From a virus (lineage: Duplodnaviria > Caudoviricetes): a stretch of 64,000 bases of DNA. This document shows, one piece after another, positions 19,129 through 27,243 of this stretch. The stretch's first letter is position 1. Every line of letters starts with the position of its first letter. The position numbers and the translations under genes are program-made. The notes beneath the pieces were generated by a model. That model was not told the DNA's origin. It made no database searches and saw nothing but the letters and a program-made list of their open reading frames with translations. Location of the stretch: positions 1 to 64,000 of the IMG/VR virus record IMGVR_UViG_3300032259_000003. The stretch is one strand, 5' to 3'.

Positions 19129-19516
19129 CGTCTGGGTATTCTAGTTTATAGACAACGGCTGACCCGTCAGGGCCGCTTATCTCTCGGCGCTCAACTTCTA
19201 AACCTAATATCTTATCTAGTCTCGATTGCGCTTTAATTGCCGCGGCCCAATCTTCTGCCTCAAGAGCTTGCTGGAATATTAAGTCATATCGTGCGGCGGC
19301 TTGCCCGCGCTCGTGGTCGCGTTCCATTTTTAAGCGCTGACTCATGTACTTTCTAGCACGTGCGATGTATTTATCCATCATTGATTCAGATAGTTGCCAC
19401 TCATCTAGACCATATTGCAATATTTCTTGCCGGTCATAACCTGCAATCTGTTTTTTGTATACCTCATTGACACGCTGTAACATAATCGCGTGTGTTGCTT
19501 TTGTGTTTTTTGGCAT
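19121..19516 (-). CDS. terS: Terminase small subunit
   Basis: Directly upstream of TerL; HTH-like N-terminus, ISGPDG tail; start reassigned to MPKN. Confidence 0.75.
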   Translation of the reverse strand: MPKNTKATHAIMLQRVNEVYKKQIAGYDRQEILQYGLDEWQLSESMMDKYIARARKYMSQRLKMERDHERGQAAARYDLIFQQALEAEDWAAAIKAQSRLDKILGLEVERREISGPDGSAVVYKLEYPDDE

Positions 19517-19517
19517 A

Positions 19518-20258
19518 CTATCGTCCTGCAAGTTCTAAAAGTGCCGCGATAAGCGTACCTATTGCACCACCACCGGCCGCGGTTGCGCCGCCTTTGATGG
19601 CTATCTCTTTGGCGATGCTTTTGATGTTGTCAATACGAGCGCGCCGGGCTTCGATCTGTTGCTTGCGTTCCAATTCGCGGGCCGTCTCCCGTGACTCAAT
19701 TTTGAGAAGTTCCGCTCTCATCTTATTAATATCAAGCTGAAGCGCTTTGACATTCTCTAACGTTTGTTGCGTCTCTTTATTATAACCGTCCAATTCAACG
19801 CGGAACATATTCATGCGACCAACTAACCCGGCATTATCCCCGTTGCCCTTTAAGACGTTAAGGATCTCTGGTACATTCTGCGATAACATATTGTTGTTGG
19901 CTGCCAGGGTTGCTATTTGATCGCGTTGTTTTATATCAGTTTTGTCTAAGACCTCGATGGCTTTGGCGTTGGTACGAATATCGGCTTGTAACATCGCGTT
20001 TTGATCCGTAATTTTAGAGGATAACTCTTCAAATAAACCTTGCAACGTATGGAAGCCGTCGCTTAAAAATTTATCCACCACTTTAGACGGCATATAGTCG
20101 TTAAGCGTATCGCTAATCATAGCTTGAACGGCGCTATGCGTGACTAGGTCCTTTTTGAAAGCTGCAAACTTTTTATCAAATAGGGCCTCAATTAATTCAA
20201 TTGTAATTTCTTGCGTGTCCTTTTTAGGGGCCTCGATGTTATTGTTAGGTTCGTTCAT
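19518..20258 (-). CDS. Coiled-coil protein with C-terminal Gly-rich membrane helix
   Basis: Heptad-rich body, GGATAAGGGAIGTLIAALL tail; homologue at 56582. Confidence 0.7.
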   Translation of the reverse strand: MNEPNNNIEAPKKDTQEITIELIEALFDKKFAAFKKDLVTHSAVQAMISDTLNDYMPSKVVDKFLSDGFHTLQGLFEELSSKITDQNAMLQADIRTNAKAIEVLDKTDIKQRDQIATLAANNNMLSQNVPEILNVLKGNGDNAGLVGRMNMFRVELDGYNKETQQTLENVKALQLDINKMRAELLKIESRETARELERKQQIEARRARIDNIKSIAKEIAIKGGATAAGGGAIGTLIAALLELAGR

Positions 20259-20349
20259 TTGGACCCCGTGTTATAATTAACATAGTGTATAACCTCATTT
20301 TATACGCTCATGGCTCCGGGTGTTTTTCCGTCACCGCGGGGCCTTCAAA

Positions 20350-20763
20350 TTATTGTAAATAAACACCACACGACGGATGGAAGATAAGCAAGCCGTTGAT
20401 CGACGCGCCAATATCCCACCAAATGCCTGCATACACCAATACCGTATGATCGGCATAACTACCGCTTGACGCATACCAGACATTATCAATGACATAGAAC
20501 GAATAGGCGCGCCCGTAGTCATCAAAGGCGCGGTTCGTGCCGGCTTTCCAGTCCTGCCAGAGGGTGGTCACGTTGTAGCCGTCAACAGTAGGGCAGTATT
20601 CATAGGGCGCGGTCGGTGCTGGGACATACTCACACATCCATAACGTGCAATCGTCTTGAGCGTCCGTTACCAGAACCAATCCGAACATTAGCAATAACAC
20701 CCACGCTATCATCACGCGGCGCAGGGCGGCGTGTCCACTTGGGTCATCTATCCATCTATCCAT
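20350..20763 (-). CDS. Membrane-anchored hypothetical protein
   Basis: N-terminal TM helix, Cys-containing outer domain; homologue at 57413. Confidence 0.7.
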   Translation of the reverse strand: MDRWIDDPSGHAALRRVMIAWVLLLMFGLVLVTDAQDDCTLWMCEYVPAPTAPYEYCPTVDGYNVTTLWQDWKAGTNRAFDDYGRAYSFYVIDNVWYASSGSYADHTVLVYAGIWWDIGASINGLLIFHPSCGVYLQ

Positions 20764-21580
20764 AACCGGCCAACTCCGATTCTAATGCCAGTTCAACCGT
20801 TATCAAATTACTGCCACCATCAGGCAGAACGCCGTCGAGTGCCAATTGTAAGGCCGCGATCTCATCAATCAGACGTTGTTTTTCTGCGACGTGGTTAGCA
20901 ATGCGTGTATTAATTCCATTGTCTGCACGAATAATGAGGTTAATTAAACCATTGTGACTATCACGTATGCCTTGCAGACAATCGACCTTCGGTGTTTTTA
21001 CCTCAACATCATCCACAAACTCTCTAAAATTATTCGTATTCTCAAACGTGGTATCTACTTCAGTTACAATGTCCTCAACCACGCCAATAAAAACAGCATC
21101 ACGAATATCTTGTAGGTTATTCTTGAGTGCCACCAACTGCACACGGCTGGCTTCACGGTTGGCTCTATACCCATCCTTACGCGCGATGGTCGCCTCTGTA
21201 CGGGCAATCAAGTTTTGCACACGGTTCAGTTTACGAACCACTTTGTGTTGGCGTCGTCGCTCATCGTTGGTGTTGGCGTTGGCGTTGCTCTCGTAGAGAA
21301 TACCATCAACGGTTAAGTTGCCGTTTATATCACGGTCGTCAGGTAGTCCGGCGTAGGTATAAGTCGCGCCAATGGTGTCGTGCGTCGCTTGCGGTGCGTT
21401 GACTGTCACGACGCATGTATTGGTTCCCGATACGCTGGGTCGGTTGCCATCGGCTACTTGCATACTATCCCATGCTGGGACGAATATACCGTCAATCTCA
21501 ATGTCAGGGAGTGCGAGAAGATCAATTTGTATGCTGGGACGGTTGCCCGTCCATGTGCTTAGATACGCTTTTACTGTCAT
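20756..21580 (-). CDS. Coiled-coil protein (possible fibre stalk/adaptor)
   Basis: Beta N-domain then long coiled coil; coupled to LamG gene; homologue at 57819. Confidence 0.65.
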   Translation of the reverse strand: MTVKAYLSTWTGNRPSIQIDLLALPDIEIDGIFVPAWDSMQVADGNRPSVSGTNTCVVTVNAPQATHDTIGATYTYAGLPDDRDINGNLTVDGILYESNANANTNDERRRQHKVVRKLNRVQNLIARTEATIARKDGYRANREASRVQLVALKNNLQDIRDAVFIGVVEDIVTEVDTTFENTNNFREFVDDVEVKTPKVDCLQGIRDSHNGLINLIIRADNGINTRIANHVAEKQRLIDEIAALQLALDGVLPDGGSNLITVELALESELAGYG

Positions 21581-24500
21581 GACAACACCGTCCCGACTGC
21601 ATCCGTATAATCGCTTAGTCCATCTGCTGGGATACTCGTAATTTGTAGGTTGGTCGCATAGCCTTGCAGGTGTGACGTGTTGCTGGTATTTAACGCGCCC
21701 ACAACTGTATTGCCATCACTCAATGTAGTCCCAACCATATCATTGGTCAATACGACGGTATCGGTTGACGTGCCATTGATAAATAATTCAGCAGTTCCGC
21801 CACTGGCCGGTATATCAATCTCAACGAGATAGTTTACCGTAGCGGCGGCGGTGTCAAATGTCATTTGGTTGGTTGCACCGGCGGCGCGATAATCGACAAT
21901 CAACTGGCTGGCCGTTGTGCCAAAATAACCACTGATATAATTATCTGCATCCACGTAAATTAAAAACGCTTGGCATAATGTGGTGCTTACCGTATTGGTC
22001 GCAGGTTGGACATAAAAACTATATCGCTTGTTATTCATGCTCAAGCTGGTTAATCCAATATTGAGATGTCCCGCGCTTGTGAAGTCTATATATTGTTGGG
22101 CATTGGGCGCATATAATGCCGATACCGTTGCCGAGCTTAAGGTATCCGCTGAACCGCCACTACTCATCAGATTATTGCCATAGGAATTATTGAGTTTGGT
22201 TAGTGTATACGTGTCACTGAGATGTTTATACCAGGTCGCGCCGTTTGCCGTTATCAGGTTTGATGCTCGCATAATATCGGTCACGCTTAGGGCTGATGTG
22301 GAATATGAGAATTGAGATAATTTGCCATCTAAGCCCCGGAAGAAACTCCCTTGTGACCCTGTGCCAATGCCAACGATTGAATACGTCCCTGTACTAAATG
22401 CACTTGGCGTTGTATCGGTGTCGGTTAACACGCCATCAACCCACAATTCATAAAGACCTGCACTAACAGAACAGCGCACGACATAATCATGTAGGTCGGT
22501 GTCTGTTACGGTATAATTTACCAGCATTGAGTCGCTAGGATCTAAACGATAAAATTCAATCCTAGCAGAGCTATTATTCCGATAAAACGTTATTTCATTA
22601 GACCCGTTTAGATAGAGTCGTGCTAGATACTCAATGTTCCCCGTTGTATTCGTGACGTTATCAAACGCCAGGCGGAAATAAAGGACAAACTCATCAGCGT
22701 TAAAACTCGATGTAAATGTAGTTGTGTTTAAATTCAAATACCCCGTACTACCATCAAAATTTAACGCATATTGACCAATGCTGTCACGGACTGTTGATAC
22801 TGTTAGGTTTGTTCCTGTAACCGTTGTGCCTGTCATATCATCCTCAAACGTCGCGTCTGGCTGTGGAACGAGTGCCAGAGTAGGTGATAAAATGCTTTTG
22901 AGGTTCGCGTGATAGTTCTTGATAACCATCTCCGCCTGAATCATATCGTTCAGGCTCTCGGTTGCGAGCTGATGCAATTTGGCCATCCGTTGGAATGTTC
23001 CATACCATGCGTCATTTCCGCTGGTGGCTAAATCATTACCATAGATATAATTGCCTGTCCCTGTTGTGCGACCCCCTACGCCCGCCGTGTCGGTGCTTAA
23101 TGTATTGGCCGTTGCGTTGGTGTATAGTTCGGCGGTGTCGGTTGCTTCGTCCATGCTTGCAATAACTAACGTGTTGTCACCTAATACAATCCCACCGCTA
23201 GTCAATTTGGCTTGAAGGTCGGTGGTCACATAATTGACCTCATAATTTAAGCCCGTTGTGCTGGCAAGTTCTAACACATCATTGCTGGATAGTTGTTTAA
23301 AAAATTTACCGGTTGAATTGCCACCTAGACTATAGGCGTTGCCCTCAAACATCCATGATCCTGAGTCGGTGTTTAATTCTGCGGCATAGGTTTGCAACAG
23401 TGAGCTATCACTCTCTGAGAATAAAAAGCGGTCGCCTTCGACAAGTCGGACTTCGTTAGGTGATAAGTCTCGGCCTGTTCCGAGGCGTTCCGTCAATGAC
23501 CCGTTTTTAAAATACATATCGGCATTCAAATAATTCAGAACTTGAATGTCATTTGCAAACCGTTGTGTGTAAGTGTCGTATACCGTCATATCAAAATTGT
23601 GCGTACCGGCTACAGTAGCATAGTATTTTGTGCCATATTCGGCTTCGGTGGCCAGGGTCACGGCAAGGCTGGCCGTTGTTGCACCATTTTTATATGCTGT
23701 TAGTGCTGTGCCTGCAAAAACAAACTTCAATAATGCACCATCAACCGCCGTTATTGTGCCGATCAATGTCGCGGTCGGGTCATACTCGTAGACCTCACAC
23801 GCACCGGCTACCGTAAAACGAAGTTCCACCATCTCCGACACATTAACCGAATGCCGCAGGAATAGACTCGTAACGTCCGTTACGGGATCGGCGTTGCTTG
23901 TAACCTCAACCGTGTAGTCGGATACGCCTAAGTCACTGACGGCAATGCTCGTAGTCCGCCCGCTGTATGACGCTTGACTCAACGAGTCGCCCGTAGGTGA
24001 CAGGTTGTAGAGTGGTGCATCAGCCAACGTCACCGCTAACGCATCATATACCGCTTGCACTTGTGCTTGTGTCTTGGCGACGTTGTAGAAACCAACGGCA
24101 TTTATTGCCATACCTTGCTTTAATGGTAATGACCCGTCATTCATTGCACCTATCGTTAACGATGTAAATGCACCACTGATTGACCCTGCATAGGTGTCGG
24201 TATCAGTTACAATACCGTCAGCATGAGGGATATATAAATTATAGGCTGTACTAGCCACTACGGGCGCAATAACAATTAACTCATTTTCAGGAACTCCGGT
24301 TGTAACAGTTGTAACGGTTGTGCCAGTTTGTATATGTGTCGTGGTTAATTGGTTCGCTGCGGTGTGTTGAATTTTAAATTGGTTGTTTGCGTCCGTATAA
24401 AAATGTACAATAGTTTCCGCGGTTGTATCATAAACGCCTAATTTAATGGCAATGATTGCGCTAAACGTGCCAACATCCAAACCTACTGCCGTTGGAACAC

Positions 24501-24738
24501 TCGCATACCGCTCACCGTTCCCACGAAACGCCTTCCGCGCTCCGCTGTGGTTGCTGTACGCGGTGTAGTTATGGCCGCCCGTAATCGTGGCGGTACGTGC
24601 GGCTACCTGTTCGGTCATGGTTGCGCCGCTTGACCCGTCCGCGGTGTAGAGGGCTATTGCGCCGTCAAGCATAACATCAAACCACTGAGCGCCACCGGCC
24701 ATTAATATAGGTATTGCATACGCTAAATTCCGTAACAT
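21577..24738 (-). CDS. Large multi-LamG/concanavalin-like protein (putative adhesin/receptor-binding protein)
   Basis: ALNFDGSTGY, ELWVDGVL, LFINGT lectin-type motifs; Thr/Ser-rich; mosaic homologue at 58640. Confidence 0.65.
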   Translation of the reverse strand: MLRNLAYAIPILMAGGAQWFDVMLDGAIALYTADGSSGATMTEQVAARTATITGGHNYTAYSNHSGARKAFRGNGERYASVPTAVGLDVGTFSAIIAIKLGVYDTTAETIVHFYTDANNQFKIQHTAANQLTTTHIQTGTTVTTVTTGVPENELIVIAPVVASTAYNLYIPHADGIVTDTDTYAGSISGAFTSLTIGAMNDGSLPLKQGMAINAVGFYNVAKTQAQVQAVYDALAVTLADAPLYNLSPTGDSLSQASYSGRTTSIAVSDLGVSDYTVEVTSNADPVTDVTSLFLRHSVNVSEMVELRFTVAGACEVYEYDPTATLIGTITAVDGALLKFVFAGTALTAYKNGATTASLAVTLATEAEYGTKYYATVAGTHNFDMTVYDTYTQRFANDIQVLNYLNADMYFKNGSLTERLGTGRDLSPNEVRLVEGDRFLFSESDSSLLQTYAAELNTDSGSWMFEGNAYSLGGNSTGKFFKQLSSNDVLELASTTGLNYEVNYVTTDLQAKLTSGGIVLGDNTLVIASMDEATDTAELYTNATANTLSTDTAGVGGRTTGTGNYIYGNDLATSGNDAWYGTFQRMAKLHQLATESLNDMIQAEMVIKNYHANLKSILSPTLALVPQPDATFEDDMTGTTVTGTNLTVSTVRDSIGQYALNFDGSTGYLNLNTTTFTSSFNADEFVLYFRLAFDNVTNTTGNIEYLARLYLNGSNEITFYRNNSSARIEFYRLDPSDSMLVNYTVTDTDLHDYVVRCSVSAGLYELWVDGVLTDTDTTPSAFSTGTYSIVGIGTGSQGSFFRGLDGKLSQFSYSTSALSVTDIMRASNLITANGATWYKHLSDTYTLTKLNNSYGNNLMSSGGSADTLSSATVSALYAPNAQQYIDFTSAGHLNIGLTSLSMNNKRYSFYVQPATNTVSTTLCQAFLIYVDADNYISGYFGTTASQLIVDYRAAGATNQMTFDTAAATVNYLVEIDIPASGGTAELFINGTSTDTVVLTNDMVGTTLSDGNTVVGALNTSNTSHLQGYATNLQITSIPADGLSDYTDAVGTVLS

Positions 24739-24758
24739 ACATACACCTGTAAGTTTAA

Positions 24759-24783
24759 AAGCCCTATAGGTTATATAGGGCTT
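24759..24783 (-). terminator. Hairpin, candidate terminator of a short minus-strand RNA
   Basis: 10-bp stem AAGCCCTATA/TATAGGGCTT followed by TTTT on minus; loop differs but stem conserved at 62212-62237. Confidence 0.55.
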
Positions 24784-24809
24784 CGCAAAGGAGGAGAGTA
24801 AATATATTT

Positions 24810-24869
24810 ATGACTCTACTCCCATTATATCACATTTTACTTATAGTCATTCCGCTATTATTACAATAA
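24810..24869 (+). CDS. Candidate 19-aa hydrophobic peptide MTLLPLYHILLIVIPLLLQ (antisense to late genes)
   Basis: AAAGGAGGAG at 24787-24796 (long spacing); frame and stop kept at 62265-62324. Confidence 0.35.
   Translation: MTLLPLYHILLIVIPLLLQ
24824..24832 (-). promoter_or_regulatory. Extended -10 promoter (TGA-TATAAT)
   Basis: Perfect TGnTATAAT on minus strand, conserved in copy 2; no clear -35. Confidence 0.55.
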
Positions 24870-24871
24870 CA

Positions 24872-25267
24872 TTACAATGACAATTCAATATCCGCTATCA
24901 CTTCGCTTGCAAACTCTAAAATGCCTTTAACGTCGCGCCAGGTGTAATGACTTTTAAAGCGGATAGACATACATCGTGCAATGTCCGCCTGCAATTGTTG
25001 ACCTCTCAATACACTACCCAGCATATATTTACGTTCCAACCGTAGCGCATAACGCTCTTCAACGCCTAGATAATTGCGATATGTGCGGTGTCGGTTCTCA
25101 CTCGCATTGCTAAAGCGCCGCTTACCGAAGGCTTGAAAATTGATATTCTGAAATGCCGCGCGTTCTATTGCGAAGCTGTTATGTGTATTGAGATGATACT
25201 CCGGCAGGGTGACAATATCATTTAATAGCGTTGGGTTGGCTCTAATGGCCTGTATAATATCGTTCAA
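24872..25267 (-). CDS. Hypothetical protein (TTG start)
   Basis: GAGAGGAG RBS; homologue at 62327. Confidence 0.75.
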   Translation of the reverse strand: MNDIIQAIRANPTLLNDIVTLPEYHLNTHNSFAIERAAFQNINFQAFGKRRFSNASENRHRTYRNYLGVEERYALRLERKYMLGSVLRGQQLQADIARCMSIRFKSHYTWRDVKGILEFASEVIADIELSL

Positions 25268-25359
25268 ATGTAGCTCCTCTCTTATCTTACATAGTATAAC
25301 ACATTATTGAATCGTTCCTTGTTTGGGTTAATTTGTGATAAACTTGGGATAACACACAA

Positions 25360-25433
25360 CCCACCTATACCCACCTATACCCACCTACAACCATTAACAC
25401 CCACCCGTACTTTTTTTGTGGAGTGGGTGTTAA
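25360..25433. repeat. CCCACCTATA tandem 10-mer (x3) plus 11-bp inverted repeat
   Basis: 25360-25389 tandem array; TTAACACCCAC (25394-25404) / GTGGGTGTTAA (25423-25433). Confidence 0.85.
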
Positions 25434-25447
25434 CACGGTAGGGTAGG

Positions 25448-25819
25448 TTAACCGGTTCGTTTTTGTTTGTGACGCTCGGCGCTCTCTTCGTGATACTCTA
25501 AAATTTTAAAATACTCATTGGCTAACGTGGTGCGGTCGTCAATCGCTCTATTTTTTGTTACCACACCATACACCACAACATCACGCATTTTTTTAGTCCG
25601 TACGATCTGGTTCTTTTTACCGACAGCTTTGACCATACCGCGCGACCGCAACTCTTCCAGGCCGCGACGGCTCCGGTTGCCTTTACCCTGACTATACCGT
25701 TCTGACACATCGTACTGAGTCGCGTCGCCGTAACGAATAAAACCGGTTAATACCTCAATGCACCGCTGTAATTGCGCCATACGTGCGACCCGTTGATTAT
25801 AGTTAAATTCTCCGGCCAT
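25448..25819 (-). CDS. Putative winged-helix DNA-binding protein
   Basis: TQYDVSE...RRGLEELRSRGMVKAV pattern; homologue at 62905. Confidence 0.5.
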   Translation of the reverse strand: MAGEFNYNQRVARMAQLQRCIEVLTGFIRYGDATQYDVSERYSQGKGNRSRRGLEELRSRGMVKAVGKKNQIVRTKKMRDVVVYGVVTKNRAIDDRTTLANEYFKILEYHEESAERHKQKRTG

Positions 25820-26070
25820 TAGTCGATCCCTTCCAGCGCGTCGCGCCCTAATGTATAATCGAGTTCATGTAAATAGAGTAGTGCATCTTGCCGCGCGTCG
25901 TCATCTTCAATTTGCCGTATAACCTCTGCCATAAAATCAATATGTTCTATTAGGTCATCCGATGTCATCTGTACGCAATTAATACACAATCGCAAATCAT
26001 GGTAGGCGTATAAATAGTTACCCTGCTCGATCTCGTGGTTGGCTTGTTGGATGTATCCGTCACGTGTCAT
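25819..26070 (-). CDS. Hypothetical protein
   Basis: Coupled ORF; homologue at 63276. Confidence 0.7.
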   Translation of the reverse strand: MTRDGYIQQANHEIEQGNYLYAYHDLRLCINCVQMTSDDLIEHIDFMAEVIRQIEDDDARQDALLYLHELDYTLGRDALEGID

Positions 26071-26588
26071 GACCCCTTATCCTCTCCGTATAAAAACGTA
26101 TTCAGCAAATCAATACTGCCTAACCCGACTTTGACATACAGGCTATCGGCGCTCTTTTTTGCAATCACTCTGGCGCGAAAGTCGGCATATGTCCCCCAAA
26201 AACAGCCCGTTTTAACCATCAGCATATCAGCATGTTCAACAGCATAGACCAGATCATCACGCGACGACATGCCAGCGATATAGAACAAATGGATACCTTT
26301 CGCCCCATAGAAATTCGCACGTGTCAGATTCGCACGTGTCAGATCCGCGCCGGTCAAATGCGCGTGTGCCATATTTGCGTCTACCAGATACGCGTGTGCC
26401 AGGTCCGCTTTTGACAGATCCGCACGTATCAGCTTCGCGCCTCTCAGATACGCCCGTGTCAGATTCGCACGTGTCAGATCCGCGCCTGTGAGATTCGCGC
26501 CTTTGAGATCCGCACGATAGAGATTCGCGCCTGAAAGATCCGCGCTCGGCTTAATATCGTATTCTTTACCATTAATTTCCTTTATCAT
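26067..26588 (-). CDS. Pentapeptide-repeat protein
   Basis: A(D/N)LxG/R repeats and C-terminal GCFWGT domain. Confidence 0.9.
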   Translation of the reverse strand: MIKEINGKEYDIKPSADLSGANLYRADLKGANLTGADLTRANLTRAYLRGAKLIRADLSKADLAHAYLVDANMAHAHLTGADLTRANLTRANFYGAKGIHLFYIAGMSSRDDLVYAVEHADMLMVKTGCFWGTYADFRARVIAKKSADSLYVKVGLGSIDLLNTFLYGEDKGS

Positions 26589-26803
26589 AATGCCTTATCC
26601 TTTCTTATAAAGCGCTTCCATTCCCCATTAGTAATCTCATCGCGTAACATCGACCACACATCACGCATATTATTTAGCGTAAATAATAAGCGGCTGACGG
26701 CTATCGGGTCATGTAGTCCGATATGGTCTCGCTCATCCCGGTACAACATGGCATAGGTCGCGTCCGGGTTAATCCAAATTGTACAAAATTCATCAATATT
26801 CAT
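26585..26803 (-). CDS. Hypothetical protein
   Basis: First gene after promoter; homologue at 63718. Confidence 0.7.
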   Translation of the reverse strand: MNIDEFCTIWINPDATYAMLYRDERDHIGLHDPIAVSRLLFTLNNMRDVWSMLRDEITNGEWKRFIRKDKAL

Positions 26804-26836
26804 AATGCTTATCCTTTGTAATTATTCTATGCTCTA

Positions 26837-26865
26837 ATGATAGCATACACTATTAGATAGTGCAA
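26837..26865 (-). promoter_or_regulatory. Sigma70-type promoter TTGCAC-17-TATCAT with TGn extension
   Basis: Spacing counted; identical copy at 63970-63998. Confidence 0.7.
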
Positions 26866-27210
26866 CTAACCCAAGTCTATAACCTTCAACGCCTTTAAAT
26901 TCACGCCGTTACACGTTCCCCTCGGATGGACTAAGTAGGCGTAACGCTCTCCGCCATAGTGGACTATGCGCGTTATCGTTGCCCCGTAATATGCACATTG
27001 CCTAATTACGGTTAACCCAATAAACGGGTGCGCTTTTGGCGCAGGTAATAAACCAGCGATAACCGGCGCGGTCAATAGGGGGGGGTATGTTTTTGGCGGC
27101 GTGGGTGCGATATTACACGGGCGCGCTTGCGGTGGCGTGACATATGTTAGCGCATCCGCAAAACTTAGAAATTTTGTGCGTGGTTGGGTGTTACTGTAAC
27201 TTAAATTCAT
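26866..27210 (-). CDS. Hypothetical Pro-rich protein in a cassette flanked by 13-bp direct repeats
   Basis: AAGGATAAGG RBS; ATAGTGCAACTAA at 26857-26869 and 27231-27243. Confidence 0.65.
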   Translation of the reverse strand: MNLSYSNTQPRTKFLSFADALTYVTPPQARPCNIAPTPPKTYPPLLTAPVIAGLLPAPKAHPFIGLTVIRQCAYYGATITRIVHYGGERYAYLVHPRGTCNGVNLKALKVIDLG

Positions 27211-27243
27211 GATACCTTATCCTTTTTTGAATAGTGCAACTAA

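Larger units (their letters stand above)
19522..26867 (+). repeat. Long direct repeat S2, copy 1 (partner 56586-64000)
   Basis: Homology starts at CGTCCTGC (19522/56586); the last bases of the window match up to 26867; internal non-homologous patches. Confidence 0.95.

Noticed and set aside
20265-20310. GTTATA/TATAAC inverted motif resembling the one at ~25290, possible late promoter
   Set aside because: Only 6 bp in AT-rich DNA with no convincing -35/-10 spacing; not distinguishable from chance by eye.
21577-24738. Diversity-generating retroelement acting on the LamG gene
   Set aside because: No reverse transcriptase or template repeat in the window; differences are whole-domain swaps and mixed substitutions, not adenine-only changes.
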